This document shows, piece after piece, positions 38,519 to 50,505 of a DNA stretch of 64,000 nucleotides. This DNA comes from Stegostoma tigrinum. Taxonomy: Eukaryota. The position numbers were made by a program, and so were the translations under genes. The notes under the pieces were generated by a model. That model was not told where the DNA came from. It searched no databases and worked only from the letters and a program-made list of their open reading frames with translations. The DNA lies in assembly GCF_030684315.1 (NCBI RefSeq), contig NC_081355.1, positions 28,607,316-28,671,315 of the forward strand. Direction: 5' to 3'. The number at the start of each line of letters is the position of its first letter. The first letter of the stretch is position 1.

Positions 38519-41500
38519 GAATTGGCAGTGACCACATCTGCAGCAAGTGTTGGTTGCTGGAAGAACTCCGGATCAGAGTAAATGATCTGGAATCTGAGCT
38601 TCAAACTCAGCGGCACATCTGGGAGGGGGAGAGTTACCTGGACATTTTGTTTCAGGAGGCAGTCACACCCAGTAGATTAAATAACTCAAGTTCAGAAAGT
38701 GTTCAGGGACAAGGTGTGACTGTAAGTGAGGCAGGTAGGGGGATTCTGAGTTCAGGAGTGCAGGAGCCTCAGCCCTTGACCTTGAGCAACAGGTATGAGA
38801 TTCTTGCTCCCTGTACGGTTGAGGAAAAGGACTGTGGACAGGATGAGCCAGCTGACCATGGCACCATGGTGCAGAAGGTCATTCAATAGGGGGGAACAAA
38901 AAGACAAGTAGCTGTTAAAGGGGATTCTATAATTAGGGGAACAGATAGTATCCTATGCAAGTCGGATTGGGAGTCCCGCATGGTGTGTTGCCTGCCCGGT
39001 GTCAGGGTGCAGGACGTCTCCAACCGGCTTGAAAAGATATTGGAGGGGGAGGATCCAGTTGTTGTGGTCCACGTTGGGACTAACAACATAGGCAAAGCTA
39101 GGGTAGAGGACCTGTTCAGGCATTATCAAGCACAGGAAGGAAATTGAAGTGCAGGTCCTCAAGGGTCATAATCTCCAGATTACTGCCCGAGCCACGTGCC
39201 AATTGGCATAGGGATAAGAAAGTTAGGGAAGTAAACATGTGGCTAAGGGATTGGTGTGGGAAAGAGGGATTCCATTTCATGGGGCATTGGCATCAGTTTT
39301 GGAAGGGGGTGTATCTGTACTGTTGGGACGGTCTCCACCTGAACCGATCAGGAACCAGTGTTCTAGCGAAAAGGATAAATAGGGTAGTCAGTAGGACCTT
39401 AAACTAGTGAGTCGGGGGGAAGGGAAAGTGAAAGCGACAGGGAGTATGGAGTTAAATGGAAAGATAAGCAGCAGGATAGCATGTGTACAGGTGGGTTTAA
39501 GCTCGAGGCAGACTAGGAATACAGCAAAAGGGAAGGATAGCTTAAGACATCTTGGGATTTCCAACCTCTCTAATAATGATAAGAAAGCTAGCATTAAGGC
39601 ACTTTATCTAAATGCTCGTAGTATTCGCAACAAAGTAGATGAATTAACAGCACAAATCCTCTTGAATGATTATGATGTGGTAGGCATCACAGAGACATAG
39701 TTGCAGGGAGCTCAGGACTGACAGTTAAACATCCAAGGATTCACAACATATCAAAAAGACAGGGAGGTGGGCAGAGGGGGTGGGGTTGCCTTGTTAGTTA
39801 AGAATGGAATTAAATCTACGGCACCAAATGACATAGGGTCAGATGATGTGGAGTCTGTGTGGATGGATTTGAGGAACTACAAAGGCAAAAAAACTGTAAT
39901 GGGAGTTATGTACAGACCTCCTAACAGTGATCAGGACCAGGGGCGCAAGATGCACCGGGAAATAGAAAGGGCATTTCAGAAAGGCAAGGTCATGGTGATC
40001 ATGGGGAACTTCAAAATGCTGTGAATTGGATGAATAATGTTGCTGGTGCATCCAAAGAAAGAGAATTCAGGGAATGTTTGCAGGATGGCTTTTTGGAACA
40101 GCTTGTGATGGAGCCCACAAGGGAGCAGGCTATTCTGGACTTAGTGCTATGTAATGAGCCAGACTTTATAAAAGACCTTAAAGTAAGGGAACACTTAGGA
40201 GGCAGCGATCATAATATGGCAGAGTTCAGGCTGCAGTTTGAAAGAGAGAGGGCAAAATCAGATGTAATGGTGTTACAGTTAAATAAAGGTAATTACAGGG
40301 CCATGAGAGAGGAATTGACGAAAATCGACTGGAAGCAGAGCCTAGCAGGGAAGACAGTGCAGCAACAATGGCAGGAGTTTCTGGGTGTAATTGAGGACAC
40401 AGTACAGAGGTTCATCCCAAAGAAAAGAAAGATTATCCAGGGTGGGATTAGACAGCCATGGTTGACAAAGGAAGTCAGGAAATATATCAAAGAAAAAGAG
40501 ACAGCTTATAAAGTGGCCAAGAGCACTGGGAAATCAGAAGATTGGGAAGGCTCCAAAAACAGACAGAGGATAACAAAGAGACCAATAAGGAAGGAGGAGA
40601 TCATATATGAAGGTAGGCTAGCTAGTAATATTAGAAATGATGGTAAAAGCTTCTTTCAATACATAAGAAACAAACGAGAGGCAAAAGTAGATATTGGGCC
40701 GCTCCAAATTGATGCTGGAAGGCTAGTGATGGGAGATAAAGAAATAGCTGAAGAACTTAATAAGTACTTTATGTCAGTCTTCACAGTGGAAGACACGAGT
40801 AGAATGCCAACAATTAGGGAGAGCCAGGGGGCAGAGTTGAGTATGGTAGGCATTACAAAAGAGAAAGTGCTAGAAAAGCTAAAGGGTCTAAAAATTGATA
40901 AATCTCCTGGCCCCGATGGGCTACATCCTAGAGTTCTGAGGGAGGTGGCTGAGGAAATAGCGGAGGCTTTGGTCGTGATCTTTCAAAAGTCACTGGAGTC
41001 AGGGAAAGTCCCAGATGATTGGAAAATTGCTGTTGTAACTCCCTTGTTTAAGAAAGGATCAAGGCAAAAGATGGAAAATTATAGGCCGATTAGCCTAACC
41101 TCGGTAGTTGGTAAAATTCTAGAATCCATTGTCAAGGATGAGATTTCTAAATTCCTGGAAGTGCAGGGTCAGATTAAAACAAGTTAGAATTCTTTGAAGA
41201 GGTAACAAGTATGTTAGACCAGGGAAACCCAGTAGATGTTATCTATCTAGACTTCCAAAAGACCTTTGATACAGTGCCTCACGGGAGGCTGCTGAGCAAG
41301 GTGAGGGCCCATGGTGTTCGAGGTGAGCTACTGGCTTGGATTGAGGATTGGCTGTCTGACAGAAGGCAGAGAGTTGGGATAAAAGGCTCTTTTTCTGAAT
41401 GGCAACTGGTGACGAGCGGTGTCCCACAGGGTTCAGTGTTGGGGCTACAGCTGTTCACCTTATATATTAATGATTTGGATGAAGGGACTGGGGGCATTCT

Positions 41501-42424
41501 GGTGAAGTTTGCCGATAATACGAAGATAGGTGGACAGGCAGGTAGTACTGAGGAGGTGGGGAAGCTGCAGAAAGATTCAGACGGTTTAAGAGAGTGGTCC
41601 AGGAAACGGCTGATGAAATTCAATGTGAGTCAATGTGAGGTTTTGCACTTTGGAAAAAAGAATACAGTCATGGACTATTTTCTAAATGGTGAGAAAATTT
41701 GCAAATCAGAAGTGCTGGTCCAGGATTCTCTAAAGGTTAACTTGCAGGTAGAGTCCGTAATTAAGAAAGCGAATGTAATGTTGTCGTTTATCTAAGAGGG
41801 TGGAATATAAAGGCAGTGATGTGCTTCTGAGGCTTTCTAAAGCTCTAGTTAGGCCCCATTTAGAATACTGTGTCCAATTTTGGGCCCCACACTCAGGAAG
41901 GACATACTAGCCCTGGAGCGTGTCCAGCGGAAATTCACACGGATGATCCCTGGAATGGTAGGTTTAACGTATGATGAACGGCTAAGGATCCTGGAATTGT
42001 ACTCATTAGAGTTTAGAAGGTTGAGGGGAGATCTAATAAAAACTTACAAGATAATGTATGGTTTAGAAAGGGTGGACGCTAGGAAGTTGTTTCCATTAGG
42101 TAGGGACACTAGGACCCGTGGGCACAGCCTTAAAATTAGAGGGGGTAAATTTAAAACTGAAATGAGACGACATTTCTTCATTTCTTCAGCCAGAGAGTGG
42201 TGGGCTTGTGGAATTCATTGCCGCAGAGTGCAGTGGAGGCCGGGACGTTGGATGCCTTCAAGGCAGAGATCGACAAATTCTTGATCTCAAAAGGAATCAA
42301 GGGCTACGGGGAGAGTGCAGGGAAGTGGTGTTGAAATGCCCATCAGCCATGATTTAAATGGAGGAGTGGACTTGATGGGCTGAATGGCCTTACTTCCATT
42401 CCTATGTCTTATGGCCTTATGGTG
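38519..42424 (+). mobile_element. Near full-length CR1 LINE (ORF1 CxxC/coiled-coil + SGNH esterase; ORF2 APE + RT), inactivated
   Basis: ORF1: CSKCWLLEELRIRVNDLESEL, GDSIIRG, HVGTNN, DGLHLN. ORF2: LYLNARSIRNK, ITET, GGGVAL, YRPP, SDH, KSPGPDGLHPR, PQGSVLG, KFADNTK. Stops/frameshifts and a deletion near 41183; tail cctatgtcttatggccttatgg. Confidence 0.95.
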
Positions 42425-43954
42425 TGGTGTGATCCTTCTGATGCGAGACAAGAAAGTATGACTAGGATGTCAGTTTTATATGACTCTATATTGTGAACCA
42501 GTTTGAAATCACATTGAAGGGCATGTATGAATTGCATTTAGAATTAGCAAATGGAGTATGTAGTTACTGTTATTGAAATATGAATACATATTTCAATCAT
42601 CACATGCTATTTGAGCATATTGTCAATGACTTTACGAAAGCTGTTTGAATATGACAGGAAAAGTTTTAAAAGGTCTTTTCTTTTGTATTTTGGTAAGACA
42701 GATAGTTTTTCCTCCCTCCACACTTTTAATTTTCTGCAAAATACAATGACTTGACTTTACACCAGCTTTATAACTATGACCCTGCTACCACAAGGCTAAC
42801 CACTGAAAGCAGAAGCTTGAAAGCAAACACACTTCTTATTTTGGAAAATATAGTGATTTTCAGTCTCATTTTTGGCTGTTGAGCAATATCTGATTTGATT
42901 GAAAACTTTGTTCTCTTTCCAACTCAAACAAACAATTCCCAATATGACAGTAGCCAGTCCACCATCAATTGCATACAATTATTTGACTACTACAGATCTA
43001 TCTAAAGAGAGCAGATTATCAGATGTAACACTGGTTCAAGTTGGTGTTCTGGGTAGACTCATTAAAGGAAGTTGCTTGACCCATTGAGTCTAAGATAATT
43101 GTGTCAGCCTTTGGAACTTCCCGATAAGCACAATCGTTTCAGGCTCTACAATCCCTGTTTACAGATTGGCATGTGAAGGGTTGAGAACACACAGACAAAT
43201 TCACATAATTTAAGATTGATCACTTCCTCGGGCCTCTTGTCAAGTTATTTTGAGCCCTCTTTGATGGGGTTGACCCATCATTCTTTTACTGTTTTTAGAT
43301 GCTGTGGAGGGGTAAGTTTGCCATCTTTATGTTGCAGCTCTTACATCTACCTCTTATATGGTATTGGATTGAACTAAACTGAATCACAAGGATAGAGGAA
43401 GATATAAAACTGATATCCCACTCTGGCACTTCTTCAGCTTGCATGATGATATAAGAATTCTAATAGCCTAGATAAAATGCCTTTTTTTTTGGTTTTCAAC
43501 ATGCCTGATTGGGAGGCTGTTTTGTGACTGGAGTGTCTGACATTCTAAGTACGCAATCTGAAATATCAAGCTGCCAGATTGTGTGAAGTTTTAAAATATA
43601 GCACTGTTCTTGTGCATCATTTTGAAGAGGTAAGAATAGAAATAAACACAACAAATTGATTACCAGATGCATGTTTCTTTCATTCATATTTGGGATATGG
43701 ATTTTCTGGCAAGGTTGGCAAATACAACTTATGTTTAATTGACCTCGAGATGAGGGTGGCACACTGAGTGACTTGCAAAGGTAAGGTCAGAGGGCAGGAA
43801 AGAGTCAACCCATATTAGTGTGTAACTGGAGTCACTTATAAACCAGACATGTGAGGATAATATACTTTCTAAAGAGCAATAGTGACCCAGTTGGGGAATG
43901 TTGACTACTTTATAGTTGCTGTTATCCATGTCAGATTCTTACCTCCAGACATTT

Positions 43955-44325
43955 AGAATCTTAGAATGCCAATTGTGTAGAAATAGGCCATTTGGCTCAA
44001 GGAATCCATTTCAACCCTCCAAAGAGCATCCCACCCAGACCCACTCCCCTACCCTACCCTTGTAACCCTGAATTTATCATGGCTAATCCACTAAGCCTGC
44101 ACATCCCTGGACACTGTGGGCAATTTAGTATGGCCAATTCACCTAACCTGCACATCTTTGGACTGTGGGAGGAAGCCAGAGCACCTGGAGAAAACATGAG
44201 GAGAATGTGTGAACTCCATATTGACAGTTGACCAAGAGTGGAATTGAACCTGAGTCCCTGGTGCTGTGAGGCAGCAGTGCTAACCCCTGAACCACTGTGC
44301 TGCCCCTTCCCCCCGCCACCAGGCC
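43955..44325 (-). mobile_element. HE1-type V-SINE
   Basis: Same head/V-core/tail layout as 9603-9925. Confidence 0.88.
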
Positions 44326-45375
44326 ATTTAAACCTAACTACCTTGATAGGACACGTGTTCTTTGGATTACTAGTTGAACCATCTTGATTACTAAGACAGC
44401 AACAAACACTGTCCACCATGTCCATAATTATACCTATCAAAGTATTTATTTTCATGAAGTTGATATTCATTAGAATTGATAATCTCATAAATGGCTATAT
44501 GATTAGCCTATTGATTTCTTTTGCACAGGATCTTTGCCTGTGAAGATGTTATGTGTACTGTTAATCTAATAAAGATAGGCAATTCTCATTTTGTTTCGCA
44601 AACAAGAGCATATGAACACATGTTTATTTGGAGGAACTTTGAAACAAAGTAATTAAATCCTATCTTGTATCCACCCATAGCAGGAAGGGATTGTTCCTTT
44701 GCACAGATTATTGCGTAGTAACATCACCACTCCTGCTTACCATCTTACAAGTGGGAACTTTAATTTCTAGGCGCAGTATGAGTGGGTGGATGTGTGAAAA
44801 TGAGCAAGGGTTGGGGAAGTGGTAGTGTGAGTGAGCCAAAAGCTGATTTATATTTGAGGAGTAGGCCCTGGCCAATCTAAAAATCATTAAAGGAGTGTTG
44901 CAGTGTTTAAAACTGCTTAAAAGAAATTAGCCTGACTGTTATAAAATATTAAAAATCATTCAAAATTTCTTCAATTGTCATTGAGCTGAAGACTGACCTC
45001 AATGTATTTTCAACTCATCAACTCTGAAGGAGGTGTGGTCTCTTTGGCAATGTGCCAGCTGGATGCCCATACTGATTGTCCCAACAAAGTGTGGTTTTCA
45101 CTGCAGTTGATGGACAATATGAGGACTTTTATTTTAGGGCAGTCAGTGGTGAATATCACAGTGTCATTGCTCAGAAATATCTACACTAATATGTACAAGA
45201 AATACTGAATTACCAACGTCATAGCTTTCTCTCTTATTACTTTTCACTATTTGTGAGATTCTCACCAAGAGTGACTGCTCCACTGCAGGAATCAAATCTG
45301 TACTTAACCATCTGGAGATGTTATTAAACATACCAGGAAAAGCATGATCAAGTTCCCTATACAATCTGCTGCTAT

Positions 45376-45684
45376 TAGATTAGATTCCGTACAGTGTGGA
45401 AACAGGCCCTTTAGCCTAACAAGTCCACACTGCCCCTTGATATATCCCACTCAGACCTATTCCCCCTATAACCCACACACCCCTGAATACTATGGGCAAT
45501 TTAGCATGGCCAGTCCACCTAGCCTGCACATCTTTGGACTGTGGGAGGAAACTGGAGGAAGCCCACGCAGACACAGGGAGAATGTGCAAACTCTGCACAG
45601 ACAGTTGCCCGAGGCTCGAATCGAACCCGGGTCCCTAACACTGTGAGGCTGCAGTGCTAACCACTGAGCCACCGTGCTGCCCAA
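45376..45684 (-). mobile_element. HE1-type V-SINE
   Basis: Head gggcagcacggtggctcagtggttagcactgcagcctcac (minus strand), V-core and tail ...cactgtacggaatctaatctaa. Confidence 0.9.
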
Positions 45685-46044
45685 ATGCCAAATTGCTTTG
45701 CCTGAATTACTGGATGATTTAAATCACACTTACAAGTGCCATTTCATCGTCATTGCTTAATTTCTAGGTGATATTTTTTGGGAGGTAGGAATTACATTGT
45801 GTAGTTGTACACTGTACATACAAAGCAGCTTGCAGTTACTTACTATCATTAACACGGGATAAAAATCAAGCGTAAGAACAAAAATACAAAACTGAGCATA
45901 GGAGGCGTGACCAAAAGCCTGGTCAAAGCATTGAGCTTTAATAGGAAGTGAAAACGGATCTTATGCGAGGAGTGGATTCTAAAGAGGTGCAGCGCTTCAG
46001 AAAAACTATCCTCAATGATCTGTGCACTGATTAAATGAATGCCA

Positions 46045-46305
46045 ATATGTGCAGGTGCCAGTGTTGGACTAGAGTGGACAAAGTCAGAAGTCACACGACA
46101 CCAGACTATAGTCCAACAGGTTTACTTGAAATCACAAGCTTTCGGAGCACTGCTACGGACTGTGGGAGGAAGCTAGAGCACCTGGAGAAAACATGAGGAG
46201 AATGTGAAGTCACTTCACCAGACAAAGGAGCAGTGCTTTGAAAGCTTGTGATTTCAAATAAACCTGTTGGACTATAACCTGGTGTCCTGTAAATTCTGAC
46301 TTTGA
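46045..46305. mobile_element. Palindromic PLE derivative (third lineage, GGAGC..GCTCC-GAAAGC core)
   Basis: Arms ~46081-46154 and ~46229-46304 are inverted; candidate TSD TGAT(T/C)AAATGAA at 46028-46039 and 46303-46314. Confidence 0.75.
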
Positions 46306-48818
46306 TCAAATGAAGTCACTGCCTCCAATAAAAGTTTGCAAGAACTTGGAGTCAGATGAATATGAAATTTGAGGAGAAATTTAGAGCTGGAGAGAGAGGG
46401 ACAAATCAAGGAGCATTTGAATATGAGGACAGGGATTTTAAATTTGAGAAGTTGCGATGTTGGAAGCCAGTGTTGATTAAAAAGATTGGGGTGATGTGTG
46501 AGCGGGATGTGATGCAAGAAAGGATAGAGATAGCTATCTGATAGGAGTTCTGAGGAAGGGTCAACGGACCAGAAATGTTATCTCCGATGCTGCCAGACAT
46601 GCTGAGCTTTTCCAGGAACATTTTTCGTTCATGATATGTAGCATCAGCAGTTCTTTTGGTTTTTATTTGGTGATAGCTGAAGTTTACAAAGTGTGGATGT
46701 TGAAGTTGAGATGGCATGCTTAAAGTTTTCGGCGATTGGTGAGTAGACATAGTTGCAGTTTTAAATGGCAAGTTTCCCTGATCCCACTGCCTAATTATGT
46801 GGTTAATTGCAGACTTGCAGAACACTCTTCTCACCCAACTAAGCCATATTACATGAATTGACCACAATGCTGTTCCTCCTTTCCCTCCTCGTGTGTTCCA
46901 ACATCAATCTAAATGACCTCAGCAACTGCCCATCTAAAATATTTGAATACTGCCCCAGTCCCATTTCCTGGGTTCAGGGATACTAACGTGCAGGCAGGAT
47001 TGCTGCATCATTGCATTTCCAAAGACAGAATGCACCTCAAGGAAATTCGACACTTTTCCAAAGTCATGGTTTTAGAAAGAAATTGACTATAATGTCTTAA
47101 TGAATGCTTGCAACAATATTAGCTCTTAGGATTAAAGCAATAAAGAGCCAGCATTTTTGTAGCACCTTTCAAGACCTTGGGATGCCCAAAAACATTTCAT
47201 AGTCATGAATTGCATTTATGAGTTCCTCTAGTATTGGAAATACAGTAGTCAATTGTGCACAACAAGTCAGCAGAAATAGCCTTGAGATAATGATCAAATA
47301 ATCTATTTTAGTCATATGTTTGCGAGACCAACATTGACTCAGACATCTGGGGAAATTTCTGTTGTAGTTTGACATAGGTTTGTAGGAACTGGAAAGTTAA
47401 ATTGGGCCTTTGTTTAATGTCTCATCTGAAAGACAGCATTTCCAATTGTTCCCAGTGCCCTCAGTACTTCACTGGGGCTTCAACCTAGATTGTGTGTTCA
47501 GTTCTGTAGAGTGGGGATTGAATCAACAATTTTTTGATTCCAGTGCTAGCACTGTTCCATGTCTAGCACAGATCGTGGGATTAAATTTGACAATAAATTA
47601 GCAATTTAATAGTAAAAGAAAGTACTAATTTAATGTGCACAACTGAATGGACTGCCAGAACGCTTATGTTCCAATGGGGTCCCCTGCAGTTTGCATTCAA
47701 TACTTATAAATACTACAGTGATCATAGTAACAAAGCTGAAGACCCAGAGAAGGGGTAAATTCTGAATTGACTAATTTACTGATTAGGAAGATGATTTTTA
47801 AGTAATGTACGAATATGTATGTCAGGTAATGATATCTGTTTGAAAATGGGGAAACTTGATTGTAAAATTATATTATCATTTGATAATGTGAGTTGAATGT
47901 GCCATTTCACTGGAGAGAAGTGGTTACAGTATCAAATAAAATGTTGAAATAAACAAACTCCAAAGATCATTAGCCTCAAGAGTCACTCTGAAGTTGTATA
48001 AAGTGCTAGTGAAATACTAGTGAACCATCTGTGATCTCCAGAGTGAATAAAAGAAATTCGAACAGTAGGAAGAATTTAGAGAAGGACAAATTTAGGAAAG
48101 AAACTTTTTATTTAAATAATGAAGGAATTAATGAGTTACTTCAAGTGAAGATTTCAAAAAAAAATTCAGAGCACAACCGCTCATCGAAGAAGCCACGAAT
48201 AAATCTAAGAAGTTAGTGTCCAGAAAATTCTGTGCAAGACATTTTATAAATTTCCAAAAATTGCAAACAAGCAACGTTCCTGTGAACTTACCCCAGGATC
48301 AGAAGATTGTAACTTTGGCCATACTCCAGAGACTTGAGACGGATTGTGCTATTTGAGGAAATGCTGTAGTATTGGAGGTGCTGCCTTTTCAATGATATAC
48401 TCAACTTGCCTGGTGAGGATGGAAAGAAAAGAATAGGCCAGTTCTCCCCAGATATTGGTTCCCCACACATCTTCAAAACAAGATATCTGGTTCTTGCCTT
48501 GTTAATGTTTGTCGGGAACCTATGTGTGTGATTCCTGTGTTTCCGCATTACTAAAGGTATTTAATTTAGCTGTCCTGAGGTTAAAAAGCATGTCATATGA
48601 ATGCAAGTTCGTTCTTTCTTTTGCTGCCAGGAGTGCAAAGTTGGGAAATTACCTATAAGGTCATCCTGCAATAGTTCCCCCTAAATGTAATCTCAGCACT
48701 AGTACATCAAACACATTCTCCAAGAGGTCACTGTAGTAACGCAGCCCCGTATGCTGTCAAATGCCTGTAAATTTTTAACAGTCTGTAATTTGAATTGTGA
48801 TTGATAATGTTTTCACAG

Positions 48819-49573
48819 GTGCTGTGTCAAATTACTGCAGTGAAACAGCTCAGTATCCGGATGCTATAGTTTCCCCCAACCTAAAGACAACCAAAATCCT
48901 GCGAGTTCCTCCAGCAATGTCAATGTCGGAATGTATATCGGCGTGTTGTGACTTTACTGACTGTGACTTGGCGTGGATGTTTGAGGGTCGCTGTTACATT
49001 ATAAATTGTCAACACAGGGATGAATGCGAGCCAAAGATGACCAGTGCTGTGGAATCTTACTTAAGCTTTGTGCAGCGGTCACCAGCTCAGAGGCCAAGCT
49101 TACAAGATGCCTATCATAAAGGCAGAGGACGTTCCATGGGGAAGCAAAGGCAGTCAGTGCCAGCTGAGGGGAATGGTAACCTGCAAGACCTGTATCGTGA
49201 AGACTTGACCCTTGATAGCTCTATAGCGGAGGACTCCGTAAGGGTCTACAAAGAAATACCGGCCACCTATGGGAATTCGGAAAGTACCAGCAAGGGTCCA
49301 GGGCAGATGCATGGCTCGCAGCCCTGGCCATTGTGGGATCTTGATGTGTCTTCTGTGAAGGCAAGTGGGGTTGGTGTTGAGGAGGAGGATGTTGGAATTC
49401 AAAGCAGAGCCCCTCTAAATGTGAGCTTCCCAGTTAATGAATCTCAGCAAGAAGAGTGGAGTGATGAAACAAAGCAAGAGGTCAACAATGTCATGAACTT
49501 TATCCCTTTGGAGAGAGTGAGCAAAGGAAAACTACTGCAAAAGTTGAATGAAAACAGCACCAGTGCCCAAGAG
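48819..49573 (+). CDS. KIAA0319: KIAA0319 large exon: N-terminal MANSC/MANEC cysteine domain plus low-complexity linker
   Basis: tttcacag acceptor, GAG|GTAATT donor; 755 nt, phase 1 to 0. Encodes CSETAQYPDAIVSPNLKTTKILRV...ECISACCDFTDCDLAWMFEGRCYIINCQHRDECEPK...SYLSFV, matching KIAA0319. Adjacency to TDP2 favours KIAA0319 over KIAA0319L. Confidence 0.93.
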
Positions 49574-50505
49574 GTAATTCTTAATTGTTTTTTGTTGTTT
49601 TATGTAATTCTTCTTTGCAGTTTGACCTCATTTCCCCCTTCATTGGGTTTCAGTGTTGTGCAAGAGACATAGCAGAGATAATTTGAGTAAGATACTACTG
49701 GATCCTAACCCAAATTGCTAGGGTACTGATTAAAATTAGAGGATAGGATGATTTGGGTGGAGGTGTGGTCTGGAAAGAGCAATAATTCTTCCTCTTGCTC
49801 CTGCCTTCCATAAGGTAGAACCTGTAACACTGCTGGAACTGGGGAAATCTTGGGAAATTAAGCAGTTTGAAGTTTCAGAGGTGGGCAACTAAGCAGCATA
49901 CATATTTTGTTTCAATTACTGGAAATAGCCTTCCTGGAAAAGTTTTAAAAACATGGCAGAGTCATTAAAGTGCCCCAACAGTTAGGGCTCCAGTTCTAAA
50001 TTGTTGTTGTGCAATTTGAAACTGGGTTGCAACGATAGTACTACCTTCATGGTAGGCAGTAGTCTAATACTGGAAAATTAACATTCACTCCATTGGATGT
50101 ATGTGGCATGGTGCAATTCAGAAAATGGTATCTGGACTCTTGGCTCCTCTTTGTTGAGCTCCTGACCCCAACCAACTGTTTAGGGAATCATCCAGGAGAC
50201 AGCTAATTGCTCCTCACATCATGTTGTTGAAACTAACGGAGATCTTCCATTGGTAGTTGTACTTTCTGACAACGACCCAATGATAGAAAAAGGTGGTGGT
50301 TACGAAGCAGGCCAACTGCACAATTCAATGGCTGCACAGAAAGAAGTAAAATTAGCCTCTTTGATCTTTCAGAAACCAAGGATTCCGTCCAAAGTGCTTT
50401 AGAGCCAATGAACTACAGTGTAGTCACTGCTGTAATTTAGGAATGGGGCAGACAATTTGCATTTAGCACCTTGCCACAAATGATAACACAACAGTCATCA
50501 GATCA

